Shown piece by piece: positions 16,759-26,000 of a DNA stretch of 32,000 nucleotides. The notes under the pieces were generated by a model. The model did not search any database and was not told the origin of the DNA. It was given only the letters and a program-made list of their open reading frames with translations. Source of the stretch: Geotalea uraniireducens Rf4 (lineage in GTDB: Bacteria; Desulfobacterota; Desulfuromonadia; Geobacterales; Geobacteraceae); contig NC_009483.1 of assembly GCF_000016745.1 (NCBI RefSeq), positions 870,001 to 902,000 on the forward strand, in the 5' to 3' direction. Within the stretch, counting starts at the first letter, position 1. Every line of letters starts with the position of its first letter. Made by a program: the position numbers and the translations under genes.

Positions 16759-17031
16759 ATGACAACAGCAATGGCAGGAGGCTGGACCACTTTCAGCACC
16801 AACATATCCGCGCAGGCATCCGAAGTTTTTGCAACGGCAACAAAAGGACTTTTAGGCGTTACATATACCCCGTTGGCAGTTGCTACCCAGGTTGTTGCGG
16901 GAACCAACTACATGTTTTTCTGTAACGCACAAGTTGTGTATCCGAATGCGCCCAATGAAGCAGTTCTTATGACTATTTTCAGCCCCCTTCAAGGGGATCC
17001 CGTCATCAAGGATATAACCAGACTGCTGTAA
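16759..17031 (+). CDS. Stefin/type-1 cystatin-like protein (putative cysteine-protease inhibitor), 90 aa, no signal peptide
   Basis: AAGGAG lies 7 nt upstream of ATG 16759. 'MTTAMAGGW...PLAVATQVVAGTNYMFFCNA...AVLMTIFSPLQGDPVI' has the N-terminal GG, the QxVxG loop (an octamer identical to QVVAGTNY of human stefins A and B) and a second-hairpin-like 'SPLQG'. The size also matches stefins. Confidence 0.7.
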   Translation: MTTAMAGGWTTFSTNISAQASEVFATATKGLLGVTYTPLAVATQVVAGTNYMFFCNAQVVYPNAPNEAVLMTIFSPLQGDPVIKDITRLL

Positions 17032-17225
17032 CGTCTCGGAAATAGACTAAAGAGTCACCTCCCGCATGGCGGGAAAAGTGTTAGGACGGGTGCTATTAAA
17101 GCAACGTGTTGCAGCGCCATCCACCTGCCTAACCCTATTTCGTCAAGGAAGGGGAAAGTCTGATTTGATACATTTTGCATGTGACTCAGGAAACACAATA
17201 ACACGACAGCACCGGAGGCAAATCA

Positions 17226-18086
17226 ATGTCAGCAGATGACCAGTCGGCCCAGCTCGCCGCCGCGCTCGGCGTGCCATTTTTCAGCACCGGCCTGTACATG
17301 CCCGAGTACCGGGAGGCCCGCATCGGGCAGTGGAAACTGACCCGCACCGGCTTTTGCCTTGATCATGGTTATTACAGCGGCTTATGCGGCGTAAGCGGCA
17401 TGCCGGTGCTGATGAGAACCAGCAATGGCGTTAGAGCCAACGGGCAGGATTGGGAAACCTGGATGTCGCTTTCACCCCACGAGATCGAGAGCCAGGAACT
17501 TGGGTGCCGCTATGCCGTCGGTCATACGGGGGTGATGGGGCTCGGCATGGGGTGGGTCGCAGTCAATATCGCCCTTAATTCGGCTGTGCACAAAGTAACC
17601 GTCATCGAACGCGATCCGGAGGTGATCGATCTGTTCGGCCAGTCGCGGGCACTGGATGGCCTGCCGGCCGAGATTGCGGGCAAAATCCGCATTATCCGGG
17701 CCGACGCCCTGGAATGGCAGCCGGATGAAACGGTGGATTTCCTCTATGCCGACATCTGGCGCTGCCTGGAGGAGCCGCAAACCCTGGACAACGTTCGCCG
17801 CATGCAGGCCAATGTGCGGGCCGACGTCATTTATTTCTGGGGCCAGGAGCTGACTATCCATACTCTGGCAGCGAAAAAGCCTGAAACGTGTGCCGAGAGG
17901 GAATGGGCAGCGGCTGTGCGGAGCTGCGTTGCCGATACCATCGCCCTGCCGCTCCTGCTCCCCGAAGATTTCGATTATCCGGGGATGGTCGCCGAGGTAG
18001 TGCGCAGACGGCGTGAACGAAATGCGGCGAGTACCGCTAAAGAAGCGTCCGCGGAATCAAACCATATCTCGGCACCCTCTCCGTAA
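17226..18086 (+). CDS. Hypothetical protein with a class-I SAM-methyltransferase / spermidine-synthase-like Rossmann core (the intact paralog of the two decayed copies upstream)
   Basis: GGAGGC RBS. 'VMGLGMGWVAVNIAL..VHKVTVIERDPEVIDLF...IRIIRADALEW...VDFLYADIW' gives a GxGxG motif, an acidic residue at the end of beta-2, and D/A motifs. Confidence 0.7.
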   Translation: MSADDQSAQLAAALGVPFFSTGLYMPEYREARIGQWKLTRTGFCLDHGYYSGLCGVSGMPVLMRTSNGVRANGQDWETWMSLSPHEIESQELGCRYAVGHTGVMGLGMGWVAVNIALNSAVHKVTVIERDPEVIDLFGQSRALDGLPAEIAGKIRIIRADALEWQPDETVDFLYADIWRCLEEPQTLDNVRRMQANVRADVIYFWGQELTIHTLAAKKPETCAEREWAAAVRSCVADTIALPLLLPEDFDYPGMVAEVVRRRRERNAASTAKEASAESNHISAPSP

Positions 18087-18208
18087 CGGCGCAATCAGAC
18101 CCCAAAAACCCGCGCTGAAAGGAGGGATACCCGGAAGATGTCGCGCGACGCGGAGAGCAAACAGTGACCGTTGTTTCAATCAAATAGATTTTTAACAAGG
18201 AGGAGATT

Positions 18209-18457
18209 GTGGACCCGTTTTTAGGAGACATTGTGTTGTTTTCGTTTGACTTTGCACCATCGTACTGGATGTCCTGCGAGGGGCAAACCTTGCAGATCTC
18301 CACGTACCAATCGCTGTTCACGCTTATCGGCACCACCTTCGGCGGGAACGGCACCACCACCTTCTGCCTGCCCGACCTGAGAAGCGCCATACCTATCCAG
18401 GAGATCGGAATGCACTACTGCATTGCCATTCAGGGGATCTACCCCAGCAGGAACTAG
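18209..18457 (+). CDS. Mini phage-tail-collar domain protein (82 aa)
   Basis: AAGGAGG RBS with a GTG start. 'MDPFLGDIVLFSFDFAPSYWMSCEGQTLQISTYQSLFTLIGTTFGGNGTTTFCLPDLRS...YCIAIQGIYPSRN' fits the Collar (PF07484-type) pattern 'G.I..F....P.GW..C.GQ.L.I..n.aLF.LiG..yGG.G.ttF.LPDLRg' and has the usual C-terminal 'I...GI.PSR'. Confidence 0.8.
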   Translation: MDPFLGDIVLFSFDFAPSYWMSCEGQTLQISTYQSLFTLIGTTFGGNGTTTFCLPDLRSAIPIQEIGMHYCIAIQGIYPSRN

Positions 18458-18511
18458 GACTGTAACGATGCCTTATGTAATCTCACCACACATTTAAAAG
18501 GAGGATGGATC

Positions 18512-18754
18512 ATGGATTATTTTCTCGGACAAATCGAGCTATTTCCCTATAGCTTCGTTCCCATGGGGTGGCTGCTCTGTAACGGCGCCATCCTGCAGAT
18601 TCAGCAGAATACGGCGCTTTTTTCGCTGATCAGCAACAAGTTTGGCGGCAACGGCACCACCACTTTCGCCGTCCCCAATCTGCAAGGAGCCGAGCCGGTT
18701 CCCGGGATGGGCTTTTATATCTGCGTCTCCGGTATTTATCCGACACGCGATTAA
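18512..18754 (+). CDS. Mini phage-tail-collar domain protein (80 aa), a tandem paralog
   Basis: AAGGAGG RBS. 'MDYFLGQIELFPYSFVPMGWLLCNGAILQIQQNTALFSLISNKFGGNGTTTFAVPNLQG...YICVSGIYPTRD'. Confidence 0.8.
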   Translation: MDYFLGQIELFPYSFVPMGWLLCNGAILQIQQNTALFSLISNKFGGNGTTTFAVPNLQGAEPVPGMGFYICVSGIYPTRD

Positions 18755-18799
18755 ACACCGGCTTTCACACCAAACCATGAGAAAGGAAGGCTAAGATAT

Positions 18800-19834
18800 A
18801 TGGGCAATATTGCACTGAATAAAACTGCAACCGCAAGCGGTTATGTTGCGCCGTTCACGCCGGCAAAGGCGGTAGACGGCAGCGCCACCGACCCGCGCAA
18901 CCGCTGGCTCTGCTCCACGGCGCCGACCCCCTCCGGCTCTGTGCCGCCAAGCTGGCTCTGCGTCGATCTGGGGGCGAATTACTGGGTGAACAGGTGGGTC
19001 GTCAAGCAGATGGGGCTGACCGGCTGGTCCCCGTCATTCAACATGGTCGACTACAAATTCCAGGGGAGCCTGGACGACCTCACCTGGTTCGATATCGACA
19101 GCGTCACCAATAACTCTGCGAATCAGACGGACCGGACCTGCCCCGCCCGAAAGGCCAGGTATGTCAGGGTATATGTGACCAAGGGGCTGCTGACCAACAC
19201 CCCCTTCAGCTCCATCGCCGAATTCGAGGTATATGAAGCGCCGCCGACTCCCAATACCCTGTCGGCGCTGACCATCACCGGGAATGGGGCTGCCGTTTCC
19301 ACGACCCCGGCGTTTGCGAGCACCACAACGTCTTATACCGCATCCGTAACCTACGATGTGGCGAGTGTCGTGGTTTCTCCCACGGCTACCGACCAGAACG
19401 CTGTCATGAAAGTGAATGGTAATCCGGTGCCACGAGGGGGGAACGCAACAGTTCCGCTAAATGTGGGGAGCAATGCCGTAACGGTGGTTGTCACCCCGAC
19501 GATCGGCGATCCGCAGACGTATACGATCACGGTAACGAGAGCCAGCAGCCAGTATCTGTCAGGCTTCACCCTGAAGTCAGGTAGGAATCCTGTCAACTAT
19601 ACGCCGACTTTCGACAAGAATACGACGCAATATACCTCTACCTCCTCTGGGCTAACCAGCATTACCATAACGCCGACCACTGAAGATCCTGCAGCCGTCA
19701 TAAATGTCGGCGGTACCACTGTGTCCAGCGGACAACCGGTGACGTTAACCGTATCAGGAAGTACAGTAATCCCGATTACTGTGACTTCGAATATCGGCTC
19801 AGTCACGAAGAAATACGATCTGACAGTTAATTAG
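18800..19834 (+). CDS. Discoidin (F5/8 type C) domain protein with two cadherin-like beta-sandwich domains; no signal peptide
   Basis: 'NIALNKTATASGY...AVDGS...NRW......WLCVDLG..YWVNRWVV...YKFQGSLDDLTWFDI...ARYVRVYV' is discoidin-like. Two copies of 'LS.LT......V...P.F...TT.YT..V......V.V.PT..D..AV..VNG......V.L..G.N.V.V.V........YTITV' are cadherin-like (PF12733-type). The N-terminus starts directly in the discoidin domain. Confidence 0.8.
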   Translation: MGNIALNKTATASGYVAPFTPAKAVDGSATDPRNRWLCSTAPTPSGSVPPSWLCVDLGANYWVNRWVVKQMGLTGWSPSFNMVDYKFQGSLDDLTWFDIDSVTNNSANQTDRTCPARKARYVRVYVTKGLLTNTPFSSIAEFEVYEAPPTPNTLSALTITGNGAAVSTTPAFASTTTSYTASVTYDVASVVVSPTATDQNAVMKVNGNPVPRGGNATVPLNVGSNAVTVVVTPTIGDPQTYTITVTRASSQYLSGFTLKSGRNPVNYTPTFDKNTTQYTSTSSGLTSITITPTTEDPAAVINVGGTTVSSGQPVTLTVSGSTVIPITVTSNIGSVTKKYDLTVN

Positions 19835-19852
19835 TTAGTTAGTTGACGTTTG

Positions 19853-19892
19853 CAGCCAGCCCCCCTCCCTTGACCGGGAGGGGGGCTGGCTG
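19853..19892 (+). terminator. Perfect 17-bp GC-rich hairpin after 18800..19834 (terminator-like; a member of the CCCTCCC-TTGAC-GGGAGGG element family)
   Basis: 'cagccagcccccctccc'-'ttgacc'-'gggaggggggctggctg'. No T-tract follows. Confidence 0.5.
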
Positions 19893-20029
19893 ATACATTC
19901 CCTGTTCTGTCTTCTCCCGCAAAGCCGGATGGCCTTCTCGGGGAGAGCTGCCGGGATCGCCGACTTGATACATACGCACAAAGCCAGAAATAGACAAACA
20001 ACGAAACCGCTTCCTGGGGAGGAAATGCC

Positions 20030-23000
20030 ATGTCGATAAGGATGACATCAGCTAAAATATTGCGTGGAAGGATCAGCTTTGTCGCAACTTTGTTGTGCAT
20101 GGTTCTGACACAGCCTCTCTCGTCATTTGCCGCGAGTGTTACTCTGGATGCTGCCGATGATGTGTATACAGATAGCAGCCGCATTCCAACTGCCGGTTAT
20201 ACTACTACCGACATGGCGTCCGTTAAAGATGACTCCATGTCGAAGATAGTTAACTATGTGGGGCGTACGCCCAGCATATCTGTGTTAAATGGAAGGACTG
20301 TTGTTAAGTTTAATCTGTCCGGTATCAGTGGCGCTATCAATTCCGCGTCGTTCAAATTTAATGTTATCGACATACACGGTACCCCGATTTTGAATCTGAT
20401 AAAGGTGACTGACAATAGCTGGAGCGAACAGCCTGTTGGAGCATCGACCTTCCCGACATACACTGATACAGATTATATTACACAGAATTCTACCCCATAC
20501 TCCAACCAGAGTGTAACTACCGGCTGGAATAATATTAATGTCAAGGATTACATACAGGAGAAAATAAATGCGGGCTCACCGTATGTGACAATAGCAATGA
20601 CCGGATATGCCACCGGAGCGACTGATGATGACTTTGACTTCGTCAGCTTGAATAATGGGGACGCGTTGATACCGACGCTCACGGTCGACTACACCCCTCC
20701 TCCCACCGTCACCGGCATCTCACCATCGAGCGGCCCGGTCGCCGGGGGTACCTCGGTCACCATCTCCGGCGCCAACTTCACCAGTGCTACCGCCGTCACG
20801 TTCGGCAGCACCAACGCCACCTCCTACACGGTCAACTCCGCCACCCAGATCACGGCTACCTCACCGGCCGGTTCCGCCGGGACGGTGGATATCACCGTCA
20901 CTACGGCTGGCGGCACCAGCGCCACCGGTGCATCGGACCAATTCACCTATATCGCCGCACCCACGGTCACAAGCATAAGTCCCACCAGTGGACCGACCGA
21001 CGGAAGCACTTCAGTCACCATCACCGGCACTAACTTCACCGGTGCCACCACTGTGACTATCGGTGGCGCTGCCGCCACCAGCGTTACAGTTGTCAACGCC
21101 ACTACCCTCACCGCCACCACCCCGTCAGGCACGGCGGGTGTCAGGGACGTGGTCGTCACGACACCTGGAGGCACGGGCACTGGCACCGGCCTGTTTACCT
21201 ATAAGGCCAGCCAGACCATCACCTTTAACAGCCCCGGGGCACAAAACTTCGGCACCACCCCGACGCTGACGGCAATCGCTTCATCCGGCCTCACTCCGAC
21301 CTTTACCTCGTCAACCACCGGCGTCTGTACCATCACCTCCGGCGGCGCCCTGACTTTCGCCACCACCGGCACCTGCACCATCAACGCCGGCCAGGCGGGC
21401 GACAGCACTTACTTAGCGGCCCTGCCGGTTTCGCAATCATTCAGCGTAGCCGCCGTGGTTCCCGGCGCCCCGACCATCGGCACAGCAACGGCGGGCGACA
21501 CCCAGGCCAGCGTTACCTTCACGGCGCCGGCTTCGAACGGCGGCGCTTCGATTACCGGTTATACAGCCACGTCCAATCCGGGTGGCGTGACCGGCACCTG
21601 CGCCTCCAGCCCGTGCACCGTGACCGGTCTGACCAACGGCACGGCCTACACCTTCACCGTGACGGCAACCAACAGCGCGGGCACCGGCAGCGCGTCGGCG
21701 GCATCGAACTCGGTCACCCCGGCAGCGGCCCAGACCATCACGTTCAACAACCCGGGTGCGCAGAATTTCGGCATCGCACCGACGCTGACCGCGACGGCCA
21801 GCTCGGGGCTGATGGTCTCCTTCACGTCGAGCACCACGGGCGTGTGTACTGTCACCGCGGGCGGTGCGCTGACCTTCGTCACGGCCGGTACCTGTACCAT
21901 CAATGCGGACCAGGCGGGCAATGGAAGCTTTACGGCAGCGCCAATGGTGACGCGGTCGTTCGCGGTCAATGCCGTGGTTCCGGGCGCGCCGACCATCGGC
22001 ACAGCAACGGCGGGTGACACGCAGGCAAGTATCACATTCTCTGCCCCGGCCTCGAACGGCGGCGCTTCAATCACCAGCTACACCGCCACGTCCAATCCGG
22101 GCGGCTTGACCGGCACCTGCGCCTCCAGTCCGTGTACTGTGACCGGCCTGACCAACGGCACGGCCTACACCTTTACCGTGACGGCAACCAATAGCGCGGG
22201 CACCGGCAGTGCGTCGGCGGCATCGAACTCGGTCACTCCGGCAGCGGCCCAGACCATCACGTTCAACAACCCGGGTGCGCAGAACTTCGGCACTAGTCCG
22301 ACCTTGACGGCTACGGCCACATCCTCCCTGACGGTCACCTTCACCTCCTCGACCACCGGTGTCTGCACCGTCACCGCGGGCGGTGCGCTGACCTTCGTCA
22401 CCACCGGCACCTGTACCATCAATGCGGACCAGGCGGGCAATGGCAGCTTCCTGGCCGCCACCACGGTTTCCCGCTCATTTACCGTCATCGCCGTGGTCCC
22501 CGGTGCGCCCACCATCGGCATCGCCACCGCAGGCGACACCCAGGCCAGCGTTGCCTTCACCGCTCCGGTCAGTAATGGCGGAGCTTCAATCACCGGTTAC
22601 ACGGTCACCTCTAACCCCGGCGGCCTCACCAGCTCCGGCGCGTCCAGCCCGATCACGGTCACTGGCCTTACCAACGGCACCGCCTACACCTTCACCGTCA
22701 CGGCGCACAACAGCGCCGGCACCGGCAGCGCCTCATCAGCCTCCAACTCCGTGACACCGAACCCCGGTCCCACAGTGGTCAACGTGGCCGTCCCCGCCAA
22801 TGGCATCTACAAGGCCGGCAGCAACCTGGACTTCACCGTTACCTGGGACAGCGCCGCTACCGTCACCGGCACGCCGCGCATCGCCCTGTTGATCGGCAGC
22901 GCCATGGTTTATGCCACCTACCAGAGCGGATCTGGCACTGCCTCCACCCTGTTCCGCTATACCGTCCTGCCCGGCCAGACCGACACCGATGGCATCACCG

Positions 23001-26000
23001 TCGGCGCGCTCTCGCTGAACGGCGGCACCATCCAGAACAGCAGCGGCACCGATGCCACCCTGACCCTGAACAGCGTCGCCTCCACCGTCAACGTGCTGGT
23101 CGATACCACGGCGCCGACCTTGAGCAGCATCGCCACGAGCAACCCGACCCATAGCGGCGGCACGTTGACCGCAACGGCCAACGAAAATGCACTCGGCTCC
23201 TGGATCGCGGTCTCCTCTAGCGCTACGGCACCAACCGTTGCCCAGGTGCTGGCCGGCGCCGACTATGGCGGCGTAACCGTCGTTGCTCACGGCAGCGGTG
23301 CGCTATCGGCGGGCAGCGCGGTCAGCTTTAGCCTTTCCGGGCTTGTCGCCGCTACGAGCTATGACATCTACCTGGCCGCACAGGACGCCGCCGGAAACCC
23401 GAGTGCCGCAGTTTCGAGCGCCACCCTGATCACGACCACGACCCGCGTCGTCACCACCAGCAGTGACAGCGGCCCCGGTTCGTTGCGCCAGACAATTGCC
23501 GATGCCAACCCCGGCGACATCATTCTCTTCGACCCCAGCCTGAGCGGCCAGACGGTAACTATTGCCTCGCCGCTCGTCATTGCCAAGGATCTTTCCATCG
23601 GCGGTTACGACGCTAGACCCATTACCATCAACGGTGGTGGCACGACCCGAATCTTCCAGGTGAGCGGCAGCACCACTTTCACGTTAAATTATCTCACCCT
23701 GACTGACGGCGTCGCCACCGATGGTGGGGCGATTTCAGACAACGTCAACGCAACCACCTTTATCAGCCTTTGCACTTTCAGCGGCAACACTGCCACTGCC
23801 GCCGGCGGCGCCATCTCCGCGGCAGGAACCATGAGCATCAGCGACACCCTCTTTGCCGGCAACAGTGCCGTTCAGGGTGGTGCCATCTTCAACAACAATG
23901 CCCTGAGTCTGGTCAACGTCACCTTGGCCAACAACAGCGCAAACAGCGGCGGCGGCATATACAGCTCCGGCGGGAGCACCCTCGTCAAAAATACCACCAT
24001 AGCCGGCAACAACGCCACCGTACAGGGCGGGGGAATCGAGATTGCAAGCGGCGCGGTCGGCTTCAGGAACAGCATCGTGGCCGGCAACACCTCCCCCAGC
24101 GGCCCGGACATCTCCGGCTTTGCCACCTCCCTGGGATACAACCTGGTCAAGGACACCTCCGGCGCTACCTTCACCGTTACGACCGGCGATCTCACCGGCC
24201 AGGACCCGCTCCTTGGCCCCCTTGCCGACAATGGCGGACCGATTAAAACCATGGCACTCTTACTGGGCTCCCCGGCCATCGACAGCGGCGCCTGCACCGG
24301 AGCCTCTGCCACTGACCAGCGCAGCATGCCGCGGCCGCAGAACGGTCTGTGCGACATGGGCGCCTATGAGCGGGGCGTACCGGCCGCGCTGACGGCAACC
24401 GGCGGCACCCCCCAGTCCGCTGCCATCGATGCCGCGTTCGCCACCCCGCTCAAGGCCAAGGTAACCGACTCTCTGGGGGGCGTGATGGAAGGCATCAGTG
24501 TAACCTTTGCCGGGCCCGGCAGCGGTGCCGACATCACCGCCGACGGCAGCGTCACCACCGATGCAGCGGGCATCGCTTCCTATGGCGTCACTGCCAACGG
24601 GACCGCAGGAGCATACACGGTCACGGCAACGGTCAATGCCCTTATCGCAAACTTCAACCTGACCAACGACAAGGCGAACCAGGCCATCACCTTCAATCCG
24701 CCGGCCACGGCCACCTTCGGCGATGCGCCCATCGCCCTCTCCGCCACGGGCGGGGCCTCGGGCAATCCGGTCATCTTCTCGGTCGCCAGCGGACCGGGCA
24801 GTCTGAACGGCGCAACCCTGACCATCACCGGCGCCGGCAACATCGTCGTCACCGCCTCACAGGCCGGAAACGCCAACTACAATGCCGCTCCACAGGTAAT
24901 CCGGAATATCGCCATCGGCAAGGGCGCCGCCACCATCGCCCTGGGGAGCCTGAACGCCACCTACGACGGCACGGCCAAGGCTGTTACCGCCACCACAACC
25001 CCGGCCGGCCTGGCGGTCATCGTTACCTACGGCGGCAGTTCAACTCCCCCCACGGCGGCGGGGAGCTACCCGGTGGCGGCCACCATCGACGACGCCAACT
25101 ACAGCGGCACGGCCACCGGAACCCTGGTGATCGCCTACAGCGCCACTCCGCCTGTCCTGACCATTTCCACCCTGGCTGACGGCAGCGTCACCAACAACGC
25201 CACCCTCAACGTCAGCGGCCAGGCCACCAGCATCAACGGTATCACGTCTGTCACCGTCAACGGCGCGGCCGTGACCCTGGCCGCCGACGGCACGTTCTCC
25301 CAGGCCGTCACCCTGCAAGCGGGCACGAACACCGTCACCACCATTGCCACGGACAACGCCGGGACAACAACGACCGACAGCCGCACCATCACCCTGGACA
25401 CCACCGCTCCGGTCATCACCATCACCACGCCGGCCGACAACAGCACACTCGCCGCATCGTCGGTCACCATAACCGGCAGCGTGGACAAGAACGCCACGGT
25501 GCAGGCAACCGCTAACTCGGGCTCGCCCCAATCAGCGGCCATGACCAACAACACCTTCACCGTCACCCTCAACCTGGCGGGCGGCTCGAACACCATTGTT
25601 ATCAGCGCCACTGACCTGGCGGGCAACAGCGCCTCGGTCAAGCGCACCATCGTCTCCGACACCACCAAGCCGACCCTGGCCATCACCAACCCGTCCCAGG
25701 ATATCACCATCAGCGAACCGGCGCTGACCATCTCCGGCACAGTAACCGATGCCCTCACGGACGTCAGCGTCACCATCACCTGCGACGGTAAGACCTACAC
25801 GCCCCAGGTGGTAGACGGCGCCTTCCAGCAGCAGCTCACCTTTGTCATGGCCAAGCAATACGCCATAACCGTAACCGCCACGGACCAGGCCGGCAACAGC
25901 GTCACCACGCAGCGGAACGTGATCTATGCCTTGTCATCGCTTCCTTCCGGCGACATCAACGGGGACGGCAAGGTGGACATTGCAGATGCCCTTTTGGCAT

